From positions 185 through 64,184 of the forward strand of contig CBFGQI010000009.1 in NCBI GenBank assembly GCA_965650885.1: a DNA stretch of 64,000 nucleotides, given 5' to 3'. The notes beneath the pieces were generated by a model that worked only from the letters and a program-made list of their open reading frames with translations, was not told the origin of the DNA and searched no databases. Positions 41,592 to 50,403 of the stretch are shown here, in pieces (within the stretch, counting starts at the first letter, position 1; each line of letters starts with the position of its first letter). Position numbers and translations under genes: made by a program. Origin of the DNA: an uncultured Oxalobacteraceae bacterium. GTDB taxonomy: Bacteria > Pseudomonadota > Gammaproteobacteria > Burkholderiales > Burkholderiaceae_D.

Positions 41592-41619
41592 ATTATAGCT
41601 GCCGTTCCACCTTTTGCAA
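41592..41619 (-). promoter_or_regulatory. Sigma70-type promoter for tRNA-Asn copy 2
   Basis: Minus strand TTGCAA-16 nt-TATAAT. The -10 element ends 11 nt before the mature 5' end. Confidence 0.55.
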
Positions 41620-41632
41620 ACCCTTTTTTACA

Positions 41633-42322
41633 TCACATGCCGAGGGACTTCAGCAGCTCGTCGGCATCGTCAGCGGCAACCGCATCGGCCGGCGCGGCTT
41701 CCTGCCTGGCCGCCTGTTCGCGCTCCAGCAGGACATCCGGGTCTTCGGCTTCCGTCTTCTCGAAATCGTGCAGCTTGATAAACTCCGTCCGGTCGATCGC
41801 CAGCTCGAGGTAGAAGATGTTGTTACGCTCGGTGAAGAAGGAGACCCGGCGCATTTCCGGACGGTCCAGCGGGGTATCCACGCTCAGGGTCACCTGCTTG
41901 TTCAACACCAGCATTTTCGGCTGGTTCTGCGTGATATTGGTGTGCAGTTCGCTGCGCACCTTGCCGGTGAAATCGCCGACGATCTGGTTCATCAGCTCAC
42001 CCATGATGTTCGCCACCTCGTCCGAGGTGAAGGAGCTGGCCAGCTCCGACTTCGGCATGCCCATGCTGAGCATATAGCGCTCATAAATCTCCATCGCGGC
42101 TTCGGCCGAGAAGTTCAGCACCACCAGGCCGGTAAAGCCGCCATCGAACAGCACGAAACAGCCGATATCGGGTTTCAGGCCAACCTTGGTGATGCGCTGC
42201 ACCATGGCCGAGTAGGTAATCCGGCTTTGCGACGCCACGTTCAGCACGCGGGTGACGGACGAGCAAAGGGTGGTCAGCAGGTCTTCGGTGCCGTACACCA
42301 CCCGCTCTTCTTTTGTAATCAT
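41633..42322 (-). CDS. DUF3334-like (CheX-like) hypothetical protein
   Basis: Motifs CFVLFDGGFTGLVVLNFS and GELMNQIVGDFTGKV. Family name is recalled from memory. An AT-rich promoter region lies upstream (42323-42477). Confidence 0.55.
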   Translation of the reverse strand: MITKEERVVYGTEDLLTTLCSSVTRVLNVASQSRITYSAMVQRITKVGLKPDIGCFVLFDGGFTGLVVLNFSAEAAMEIYERYMLSMGMPKSELASSFTSDEVANIMGELMNQIVGDFTGKVRSELHTNITQNQPKMLVLNKQVTLSVDTPLDRPEMRRVSFFTERNNIFYLELAIDRTEFIKLHDFEKTEAEDPDVLLEREQAARQEAAPADAVAADDADELLKSLGM

Positions 42323-42477
42323 TCTGCAAATGCTCCGGATTGAATCTTAGGGATAACTTGAAGAATAACTGATTCCGCTGCAAAAGCAAAAATGCTTATG
42401 TTTATTCTGATAATATTCAGTTTCATTCTTGCAATAAGGCCGGGGCGGCGCTCCTCTGTCGCGCCCCCCCCGCCGCG

Positions 42478-44886
42478 TCAGGACGGCAAGACGCCGTTCC
42501 AGGCTCCTTGGCCCCGGGCGTCAAGCGTCACCATGTGCACCTGCCCGCCGTAGCGGACCGGCACCCGGGTACCCGCCTTGCCGCGCAGTGAAAGGCGGCG
42601 CAAGCGCCCGGCCGACCACTCCACGTCGGCTTCGATACCGCCGCGCGCACGGATGCCGTGCATGGCACCTTCCGGCCAGGCTTTCGGCAGCGCCGCCAGC
42701 ACATGGATCTCGTCGCCCCACGATTGCAGCACCATTTCGATAATCCCCGCCGTGCCGCCGAAATTGCCGTCGATCTGGAATGGCGGGTGGGCATCGAACA
42801 TGTTCGGATAAGTGCGGTCGGGGCCCAGCAGTCCGAGCAGGATGGCGTGCGCACGGTCGCCGTCCCCCATCCGCGCCCACAGCGCCAGTCGCCACGCGGT
42901 GGCCCAGCCGGTCGACTTGTCGCCACGCGTATTGAGCGTGACCTTGGCCGCCTGCACCAGCTCCGGCGTGGCGAGCACGTTGGCCTGGCTGGACGGATAT
43001 ACCGCGTACAGGTGGGAGACGTGGCGGTGCTGTTGCTCCGGTGCCCCGGCATCCCAATCCTCCAGCCATTCCTGGAACTGGCCCTGCGCGCCGATGCGGT
43101 CGGCCGGCAGGCGCGCCAGCGTCGCCTCAAGCGATTGCTTTAGTGCGTTGTCGCCGTCGCCCAGCAAGGCGTGTGCGGCCAAGGTATGCCGGAACAGGTC
43201 GCGCAGGATCTGGCGGTCCATGGCGGGACCGGCACATATCGCCACGCCGTGGTGGTGCCTGTTCTCCGGCGAGATCGAGGGGGATGTGAGCAGGCCGCGC
43301 CCTTGCGGGTCCTCCACCATGGTGTCGATGAAGAACAGGCAAGCTCCTTTCATCAATGGATAAAGCCGGCGCAGCCAGGCTTCGTCGCGGTCGTACTCGT
43401 AGTGGTCCCACAAGGTATTACACAGCCACGCCCCACCGGTCGGCCAGATGCCCCACAGCGGCCCATCGATCGGCGCGCAGGCGCGCCACAAATCCGTATT
43501 GTGGTGGGTGACCCAGCCGCGTGCGCCATACGCCTTGCGCGCAGTGACCGCCCCCGTCACCGCCAGGTCCTCGACCATGCGCAGCACGGGTTCGACGCAT
43601 TCACCCAGGTTGGCCGGATCGGCCGGCCAGTAATTCATTTGGGTGTTGATGTTGATCGTGTACTTGCCACCCCACGGCGGATTGATGCCTTCGTTCCACA
43701 GGCCCTGCAGGTTGGCAGGCTGGCAGCCCGGCCGCGAGCAGGACATCAGCAGGTAGCGCGCATATTGCACATACAGCGCCGCCAGCGTCGGATCGGGCTG
43801 CGTTTCGGCGCTGGCGATGCGCTCGTTGGTCGGGCGCGCATCGTGGCCGCTGCCGAGACGGACCGAGAACCGGCGGAACAAGGCCTGGTGGGCCTTCAGG
43901 TGTTCCGCACGCAAACGCTCATAAGGCTTTTGCGCCGCTGCCGCGCAATCGCTGCGCACACGTGCCAGGGGATCGCCGCTCACATCGGCATAATTGACGT
44001 AACTGGTGGCGGCTGCTACCAGCAAGGTCACGTCGCGCGCGCCCCGCACCTGCAGCCGGTCGCCCACCACGGAAATCCTGCCGTTGCCGATCGCCTGCAC
44101 CCGCACCGCAAAGCGCAGTGCCGCCGGAACGCCGGACGATTCATGGTTGCGCCCCTCGATGAGCAAGGCGCCATCGCCATCTGCGCGAATGTTCAGCGTC
44201 GATGGGCGCGCGGCCTCGTTCAGGCTTTCGCGCAACTCCGCAGGCGCTTCCTTGATGCCATATTTCACTTCTCCCCCGTGCCGGTAGCCCAGGTCGAAGT
44301 CGAGCATTCCCTGTGCGGCGGACAGCCGTACCACGATCACCTGCGCCGGTGCGCTGGCAAACACTTCCCGCTTGTAGCGCACTTTGCCGGCGGCGTAGCT
44401 GGTGGTGGCGATTGCCGAATCGAGGCTGAGCGAGCGCCGATAAGCCGACGGCGATGCCGGAGCACGAATAAAGTCGATCAGGAGATCGCCCGCGGTACTG
44501 TACGGCATTTGCTGGTGGGCGATCATGGTCTTGCCGCACAGGTCGTGCGCTTCCTTGAACTTGCCTTGGTCGATCAGCGCGCGCACCTTCGGCAGCGCGG
44601 ACAGTGCTTCCGGCATATTCGGGTCATACGGCCCGCCGGCGAACAGCGTATCCTCGTTGAGTTGCAGCCGCTCCTGGCCGACGCGCCCGTAGACCATGGC
44701 GCCAAGCCGGCCATTCCCGACCGGCAGCGCCTCCACCCATGGCCCTGCCGGGCGGTCATACCAAAGTTCCAGGTCTTCGCGTTTGCCGCGCGTCGTGGCG
44801 CTGACTGCTGCCCCCGCGAGACCTGGAAATGCCGTTGCCAGACCAAGCGACACCATCAGGTGCCGCCGCTTTGCGTTCACGCCCAT
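42478..44886 (-). CDS. Glycoside hydrolase family 95 (alpha-L-fucosidase type)
   Basis: N-terminal signature LWYDRPAGPWVEALPVGNGRLGAMVYG..ERLQLNEDTLF. Twin-Arg-like leader (KRRHLM). 802 aa. Confidence 0.85.
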   Translation of the reverse strand: MGVNAKRRHLMVSLGLATAFPGLAGAAVSATTRGKREDLELWYDRPAGPWVEALPVGNGRLGAMVYGRVGQERLQLNEDTLFAGGPYDPNMPEALSALPKVRALIDQGKFKEAHDLCGKTMIAHQQMPYSTAGDLLIDFIRAPASPSAYRRSLSLDSAIATTSYAAGKVRYKREVFASAPAQVIVVRLSAAQGMLDFDLGYRHGGEVKYGIKEAPAELRESLNEAARPSTLNIRADGDGALLIEGRNHESSGVPAALRFAVRVQAIGNGRISVVGDRLQVRGARDVTLLVAAATSYVNYADVSGDPLARVRSDCAAAAQKPYERLRAEHLKAHQALFRRFSVRLGSGHDARPTNERIASAETQPDPTLAALYVQYARYLLMSCSRPGCQPANLQGLWNEGINPPWGGKYTININTQMNYWPADPANLGECVEPVLRMVEDLAVTGAVTARKAYGARGWVTHHNTDLWRACAPIDGPLWGIWPTGGAWLCNTLWDHYEYDRDEAWLRRLYPLMKGACLFFIDTMVEDPQGRGLLTSPSISPENRHHHGVAICAGPAMDRQILRDLFRHTLAAHALLGDGDNALKQSLEATLARLPADRIGAQGQFQEWLEDWDAGAPEQQHRHVSHLYAVYPSSQANVLATPELVQAAKVTLNTRGDKSTGWATAWRLALWARMGDGDRAHAILLGLLGPDRTYPNMFDAHPPFQIDGNFGGTAGIIEMVLQSWGDEIHVLAALPKAWPEGAMHGIRARGGIEADVEWSAGRLRRLSLRGKAGTRVPVRYGGQVHMVTLDARGQGAWNGVLPS

Positions 44887-44971
44887 CTTGCCTCCGTTAT
44901 TTTTTGGGATGGCAAATTATCCCTGTGCGCAGCGGCGGCACTGCTATGACTTATTTCACAAAAGGTATGCC

Positions 44972-46024
44972 TTACTGGGCCAGGTTGGTGCGCGCACCCG
45001 CTGTGGCAATCGCCTTGGCCTTCACATCCACACCGGCAATCGGCGTGTATGCATAGCCGGTCGCACCGTAAGACTGTGTGCTGCCCCAATTGGTCGCGTT
45101 GACCGCGCCGCTCGGCGTATCCCAGGTGATGCCGCTGCCGACATAGTTATTGCGCAGTTCCCAATAACCGATCCTGCTGCTATCGCGCGACGTGACCGGG
45201 TTCTTCACGTTCTCGAAATAGTTCGCTTCGATCAGGGCGACACCATCCATTCGCACGTTGATGCCGGACGTCAGCACGTTATTGAAGTAGTTGTTGAAGA
45301 TGTGGGTGCGGCCAAAACGCTGCAGCGGCAGGCGCGCTTTCACGTTCTCGAAGCGGTTGTTGTGGTAAGTGGTGCGGGCATTCACGTTTGCGGTATCGCT
45401 GTCGCTGTAGCCATTCAATGCCACCTTCTGGTAGTTGTAGACGTGGTTGTACGAAACCGTGATGTGGTGCGCGCCCTTCTTCATGTCGATGCCGCCATCG
45501 AAGGAAGCATCGCCCGCACCGGCACAGGATGTCAGCGAAGCGAAGATGGTGTTGTGGTCGATCCAGATATTGCTTGGCTGGCCCGACGACATGCCCTCGA
45601 TGGAAATCGAATCGGCCGCCTCACCGCCCGGCAACAAGCCGATCATCATGTTCTGCACGATGATGTTGTGGGCGTCGCCTGCGATATGGATGCCGAAATT
45701 GGCGCTCGAATCACCGGCGCCCTTGATCGTGATATTGCTCTTGTTTTTGATGTGCACCGTCTGCGCCGGCTTTTGCCATTGCGCGCAGACGTCGGTGATG
45801 GTGTTGTAGTCGAACTTGCCGGTGTAATTCAGCACCAGGCCCGAATTGTCGGTGTAGGCGTCGATCCTGGCCTGCATTTCCGCCATGGTCGCGACATTCA
45901 CGGGCGTCTTGCTGCCGCCACCGGTAGTGGCGGCGCCATAACCGATCGGGGCCGCCGTTGCGGATGCCGCCACTCCTGCCAGACCTACGGCTACAAGGTG
46001 CATCTTAAGCTGCGTTACCTTCAT
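44972..46024 (-). CDS. Pectate lyase (PL1-like), secreted
   Basis: Signal peptide, IWIDHNT, and RLPLQRFGRTHIFNNYF (the R-x-P-x-x-R..H..NN motif of PL1). Confidence 0.85.
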   Translation of the reverse strand: MKVTQLKMHLVAVGLAGVAASATAAPIGYGAATTGGGSKTPVNVATMAEMQARIDAYTDNSGLVLNYTGKFDYNTITDVCAQWQKPAQTVHIKNKSNITIKGAGDSSANFGIHIAGDAHNIIVQNMMIGLLPGGEAADSISIEGMSSGQPSNIWIDHNTIFASLTSCAGAGDASFDGGIDMKKGAHHITVSYNHVYNYQKVALNGYSDSDTANVNARTTYHNNRFENVKARLPLQRFGRTHIFNNYFNNVLTSGINVRMDGVALIEANYFENVKNPVTSRDSSRIGYWELRNNYVGSGITWDTPSGAVNATNWGSTQSYGATGYAYTPIAGVDVKAKAIATAGARTNLAQ

Positions 46025-46270
46025 TCGCCTGTCTCCTATTTGCGATTGTTGTTGAGGGAGCGGACCGGCCGGACCACTTTTGTAGAATGCGGTCAGGCCA
46101 ATTCCACTGTCAACCGAAACCAACCCTGTCATACCAAAAAACAACAATCGGACTTACCAAAACTCAATTTGGCCTGACCACGCCACGCCATCCGCGTCTG
46201 AAGGAAGGCTTAAGATTGCCCGCCCCGGCCGCGATTAGAATGCAGGCTGCGGCGTCAGACAGGAGGCGGT

Positions 46271-47197
46271 ATGGGCAAGGTGGGCAACTGGGTTCGCATG
46301 ATTCCGGCCTGGCTGGCCGTGCTGTGGCTGTGCGCCTGCGGAGGCGGCGGCGGGGCGTCCGACGCGGCGCATCTGGTGCCGGCCCCGGTCACAGCACCCA
46401 CGACCGCTGCGGGAAGCATCGAACACGTATCGGTCGCGAGTTCCGCGCTGGGCCGCTCCATGCCGGCGGCGGTCTATCTGCCGCCCGCCTATGATCCCGC
46501 GCAGCGCTACCCGGTGCTTTACCTGTTCTATGGTTATGGCGGTTATCCCGACGCCTGGTTCGACGCCGGCCTGGCGATCAACCGCACGGCGGACAAACTG
46601 ATCGCCGCCAATGCCATCGCGCCCTTGATCATGGTGGCTCCGGACTACGGCAACAGCTTCGGCGTCAATGCGGCGCCAGGCCAGCCTGGGGCCGCCGGCA
46701 TCACCGCCGGCCAATTCGAGGACTACCTGGTCGGCGAACTGCTGCCCTTCATCGATGCCCGTTTCAGCACGGATGCACGGCCGGCGCGGCGATATATAGG
46801 CGGCATCTCGATGGGCGGGTTCGCGGCGCTGCACCTGGGCTTGCGCCATCCAGCGCTATTCAGCAAAGTCGGGGCGCATAGCGCTGCACTGTGGGATTAC
46901 AGCGCCAGCGACCAATTCATCGGGCAGCGCAACTGGCTGTACGCCACGCCGGAACTGCGCGCGCAACGCGACCCATTTATGCTCGCGCAAACGGCCGACC
47001 TGCGCGGCCTCGTCTTCTACCTGGATGCCGGCACCGGCGACTTGCTGCGGCAGCAGGACGAAGCGATGGCCCGCGCATTGCAAAGCCGTGGCGCAGCCAT
47101 TGAATTCAAAGTCGGCAGCGGCGGACATGACGCGGCTTACTGGCGCAGCCAATTGGAAACCTACCTGCGCTTCTACAGCAAGCTTCCTGGCCCATGA
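46271..47197 (+). CDS. Esterase-family lipoprotein (esterase D / putative esterase fold)
   Basis: Lipobox (VLWLCACG) and G-x-S-x-G (IGGISMGGFAAL). AGGAGG RBS. Confidence 0.75.
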   Translation: MGKVGNWVRMIPAWLAVLWLCACGGGGGASDAAHLVPAPVTAPTTAAGSIEHVSVASSALGRSMPAAVYLPPAYDPAQRYPVLYLFYGYGGYPDAWFDAGLAINRTADKLIAANAIAPLIMVAPDYGNSFGVNAAPGQPGAAGITAGQFEDYLVGELLPFIDARFSTDARPARRYIGGISMGGFAALHLGLRHPALFSKVGAHSAALWDYSASDQFIGQRNWLYATPELRAQRDPFMLAQTADLRGLVFYLDAGTGDLLRQQDEAMARALQSRGAAIEFKVGSGGHDAAYWRSQLETYLRFYSKLPGP

Positions 47198-47275
47198 AGC
47201 CGCAACCCTCGCTCGCCAGGCAACTCACGGCCACGCCGACCATGCAGCTGGCGAAGCGCTGGACACCACGTCGCC

Positions 47276-47995
47276 TTACGCCCCGATCGACTTGATGACT
47301 TTACCCTGCTCGTCCAGCATCTGGATTTCGGCCTTTCCGTCGGCGGTCACCTGCAGCATCATACGGGTGCGGCCTTTGGCATCCTTCAGTTGCAGCATTG
47401 AGCCCTTTTCACCACTGTTTCCGAGCCAGATGCGGTTTTTGCCCAAGCGGCCTTCGTCGGACAACTTCTCCCAATAGGCGCGCCGCTCCGCTTCCGGCAG
47501 CTTGCGCGCTTCCTCGCCGAAACGCTTGATATCGTCCATGGAGGTGACTTTGAAGTTCGGCACGTCATTGATCAGGATACCTGTCATCTGATGGGTAGCG
47601 CTGTCAGTATTCAGAAGTTGCAGTGCCTGGTCCTGGCGGAAGCGGTCGAAAGTCAGCGACAACCCGGACGATACCTTGCCTTCGGCGGTGATGCTGCCCT
47701 TCTGGATCAGCCCCCCGTTCTCCGTGCCCTCCTCGTTGATGAACAACATGCCGGCGAAGGAGCGGCGATCGGGCCGCGCCCCCTCTACGCCCTGCTTGAA
47801 ATCACCCGGGAACTGGGCCTTGTTCGAGATGATGATCCGCTTGGTCCCGTCGGGCTCCACGACATTGATACGCCCGACCGTGATCTCATCGAAAACTTCC
47901 TTTCGTTCGCTCTTGGCACCCGTCAGCGCGAATACGGCGGCCAATGCGGCGGCCATGGTCGTTGCGCCGGACAGGAAGGTACGAAGCTGCGACAT
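47276..47995 (-). CDS. Hypothetical exported protein
   Basis: N-terminal signal/anchor (MAAALAAVFALTGA) and an AAGGAGA RBS. Lies 21 nt downstream of the XRE-TM gene. Lower-GC patch. Confidence 0.5.
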   Translation of the reverse strand: MSQLRTFLSGATTMAAALAAVFALTGAKSERKEVFDEITVGRINVVEPDGTKRIIISNKAQFPGDFKQGVEGARPDRRSFAGMLFINEEGTENGGLIQKGSITAEGKVSSGLSLTFDRFRQDQALQLLNTDSATHQMTGILINDVPNFKVTSMDDIKRFGEEARKLPEAERRAYWEKLSDEGRLGKNRIWLGNSGEKGSMLQLKDAKGRTRMMLQVTADGKAEIQMLDEQGKVIKSIGA

Positions 47996-48016
47996 GTGTG
48001 TCTCCTTATTTTTCGT

Positions 48017-48769
48017 TTAGAGGGATTGGGGCTTGTTGCGGATTCGGCGCAGGCGCCATTCGAGGAACAGGCTGACAAAGCCGCCCACGAAAATGGTCGC
48101 GCCAAGTACATGGATGATGCGGTTGCCGAAAGCCTTTTCGTGCTCGGTCTTGACCAGGTCAAAACGCCGGCGCCCGTTTTCCGCTTGCTCGACATAAAAA
48201 CTGCCGCGGTCCACCTTGGACTCGACGGTCACAGGCCGCACACGGTTGGCCTTGAATTCCGCTTGCCGTTTCAAAGCTTCTTCCATGGCAAACATCTGGG
48301 CTGCCGCCTTGAGGAAGAGGATTTCGTCATGTTTCTCAAAAATATTCTCCGCCTCGCCGGCCAGGATCACGCCCGGCGACATATAGCGGTAGACTTTATT
48401 CGAGAAGAAAATCCCGTCATTGGCAGCCAGCATCAGTGCGAAGCCAACGATCCAGGCCAACCCCGATCCAAACACCCAGCGCTTGTAGTTGTGCACCTGT
48501 ACCGCCACCGCGTCGGAGGTGAACTTGCTGACCTCAGGGATGTGGCGCAATGTCGTGTTGAGAATCTGCTTGTCCAGATCCTGCAGGAAGCTGGAAGCCT
48601 CCATGCCGAGGCCCGAGATAATCGTGCCGAACATCTCGGCCGAAGGCACCGACTTATCGTTTTCCAGCTTGGACAGGTACGACTGCTCGATCCCGATCGC
48701 CTCCGCGAATTGGGGCTGCGTCAGCCCTTTCTCCATCCGGATCTGTTTGAGTTTTTCGCCAAAATTCAT
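48017..48769 (-). CDS. Membrane-tethered XRE-family helix-turn-helix regulator
   Basis: HTH (LKQIRMEKGLTQPQFAEAIGIEQSYLSKLENDK). Two predicted TM segments flank a ~130-aa domain. Confidence 0.75.
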   Translation of the reverse strand: MNFGEKLKQIRMEKGLTQPQFAEAIGIEQSYLSKLENDKSVPSAEMFGTIISGLGMEASSFLQDLDKQILNTTLRHIPEVSKFTSDAVAVQVHNYKRWVFGSGLAWIVGFALMLAANDGIFFSNKVYRYMSPGVILAGEAENIFEKHDEILFLKAAAQMFAMEEALKRQAEFKANRVRPVTVESKVDRGSFYVEQAENGRRRFDLVKTEHEKAFGNRIIHVLGATIFVGGFVSLFLEWRLRRIRNKPQSL

Positions 48770-48941
48770 CGCACTCCTTTCCTAGACGTCATCGAATAGC
48801 CCGTATTCTTGGGCATTCCTACAGGACTTGGAAGATGAATATTGACGAATAGGCATGAATTTTTTGGCGGGAAGCATGCAGACTTCAAGAATCCAGCCAA
48901 AGCCGCGCTTGCCCGGAGCTCCGACGTGAGCCCCAAAAGCA

Positions 48942-48971
48942 AAAAGCCCAACCGGTTAAGGCTGGGCTTTT
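48942..48971. terminator. Bidirectional intrinsic terminator hairpin, tRNA-Asn module copy 3
   Basis: aaaagcccaacc-ggttaa-ggctgggctttt, identical to copy 1. Confidence 0.7.
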
Positions 48972-48979
48972 CTATATTC

Positions 48980-49055
48980 TGGCTCCCCGACCTGGACTCG
49001 AACCAGGGACCTGCGGATTAACAGTCCGTCGCTCTACCGACTGAGCTATCAGGGA
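48980..49055 (-). tRNA. tRNA-Asn (anticodon GTT), copy 3
   Basis: Sequence identical to copy 1. Lies 36 nt downstream of the aminotransferase stop. Confidence 0.95.
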
Positions 49056-49091
49056 TCAAATCTGACCGCGTTGCGATCAGAGACCAAGATA

Positions 49092-50294
49092 TTAAAGTAC
49101 CTTGGCGATGGCGTCAACTACCGTATCGATATTCTTCGAATTCAGCGCGGCCACGCAGATACGGCCGGTATCCACGGCATAGATCGACTGCTCGCGCAGC
49201 TTGCCCACCTGCTCCTTGGTCAGGCCGGAGTACGAGAACATGCCAACCTGTTCACGCACGAAGTCGAAATCGTGGCCTGGGGCCTTGACCTTCAGCTTCT
49301 GCACGAAGGCTTCGCGCATTTCCTTGATGCGTACGCGCATGCCGGCCAGTTCGTCTTCCCACATCTGGCGCAGTTCAGGGGTTGCCAGGGCGGTTGCTAC
49401 GACCTTGCCGCCGTGGACCGGTGGGTTGGAGTAGTTGGTGCGCACCACGCGCTTCAGTTGCGACAGCAGGCGCGCCGCTTCTTCGGCGGAGGAAGCCACC
49501 ACGCTCAGGGCGCCCACGCGCTCGCCGTACAGCGAGAAGGACTTGGAGAAGGAATTGGAGACCAGCAGCGGCACGCCGGTGGCGGCGAAGCGGCGCACCA
49601 CGGCGCCGTCTTCCGCGATGCCGGCGCCAAAGCCCTGGTAAGCCATGTCCAGGAACGGCACCAGGCCGCCGCCGACAACGGCAGCGATCACGTCATCCCA
49701 CTGGGCCTGGGTCAGGTCGGCGCCGGTCGGGTTATGGCAGCAAGCGTGCAGCACGACGATGGAACCGCGCGGCATGGCCTTCAGGGCGGCCAGCATGGCG
49801 GCGAAATTCACGCCATGGGTGGTTTCGTCGTAGTAGGCGTAGTTGTTGACCTTGAAACCGGCGCTTTCGAACAGTGCGCGGTGGTTTTCCCAGCTTGGGT
49901 TGCTGATGTAAACCTCGGAATCCGGCGAGAAGCGCTTCAGGAAGTCGGCGCCGATCTTCAGGGCACCGGTACCGCCCAGTGCCTGCACGGTGACGGCGCG
50001 TTTCTCTTGAATTACGGCGCTGTCGGCACCAAATACCAGCTCTTGCACAGCCTTGTCGTACGCTGCCAAGCCTTCGATCGGCAGGTAGGTACGCGGAGCG
50101 TGCTGTTCAATCAGGATTGCTTCCGCTTTTTCCACGCACTTCAGCAGCGGCACTTTGCCATTGTCGTCATAATAGACGCCTACGCCCAGGTTGATTTTCG
50201 CCGGGTTGGTGTCTGCGTTAAAGGCTTCGGTGATGCCGAGGATCGGGTCGCGCGGGGCCATCTCGATGGCGCTGAAAACGGATTGGTTCGTCAT
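49092..50294 (-). CDS. Class I aminotransferase of the AspC/TyrB (aromatic/aspartate) type
   Basis: Motifs [14 protein letters not shown] and NPTGADL, plus the PLP-Lys motif [19 protein letters not shown] at 50294. Confidence 0.9.
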   Translation of the reverse strand: MTNQSVFSAIEMAPRDPILGITEAFNADTNPAKINLGVGVYYDDNGKVPLLKCVEKAEAILIEQHAPRTYLPIEGLAAYDKAVQELVFGADSAVIQEKRAVTVQALGGTGALKIGADFLKRFSPDSEVYISNPSWENHRALFESAGFKVNNYAYYDETTHGVNFAAMLAALKAMPRGSIVVLHACCHNPTGADLTQAQWDDVIAAVVGGGLVPFLDMAYQGFGAGIAEDGAVVRRFAATGVPLLVSNSFSKSFSLYGERVGALSVVASSAEEAARLLSQLKRVVRTNYSNPPVHGGKVVATALATPELRQMWEDELAGMRVRIKEMREAFVQKLKVKAPGHDFDFVREQVGMFSYSGLTKEQVGKLREQSIYAVDTGRICVAALNSKNIDTVVDAIAKVL

Positions 50295-50403
50295 GATAAG
50301 ATTGGAAACGTTTGGGGGCAGGTCAAAGCGTAGCATGCCGGCACCCGAAGAAAATCCGGTCAGGACCGCCGACAAACGCATATTCTATCAAAGGTCTGCA
50401 TTA

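Noticed and set aside
48766-48951. 61-aa ORF between the XRE gene and tRNA-Asn copy 3
   Set aside because: It has no RBS and runs through the terminator hairpin and promoter region. It is most likely non-coding.
27248-49091. Calling the tRNA-Asn-flanked blocks integrative genomic islands or prophages
   Set aside because: No integrase, excisionase or phage genes are present, and I could find no partial tRNA 3'-end direct repeats by eye. This is reported only as a compositional and organisational observation.
50295-50403. LexA/SOS box in front of uvrB
   Set aside because: No CTGT-N8-ACAG-type dyad is present in the tyrB-like/uvrB divergent region.
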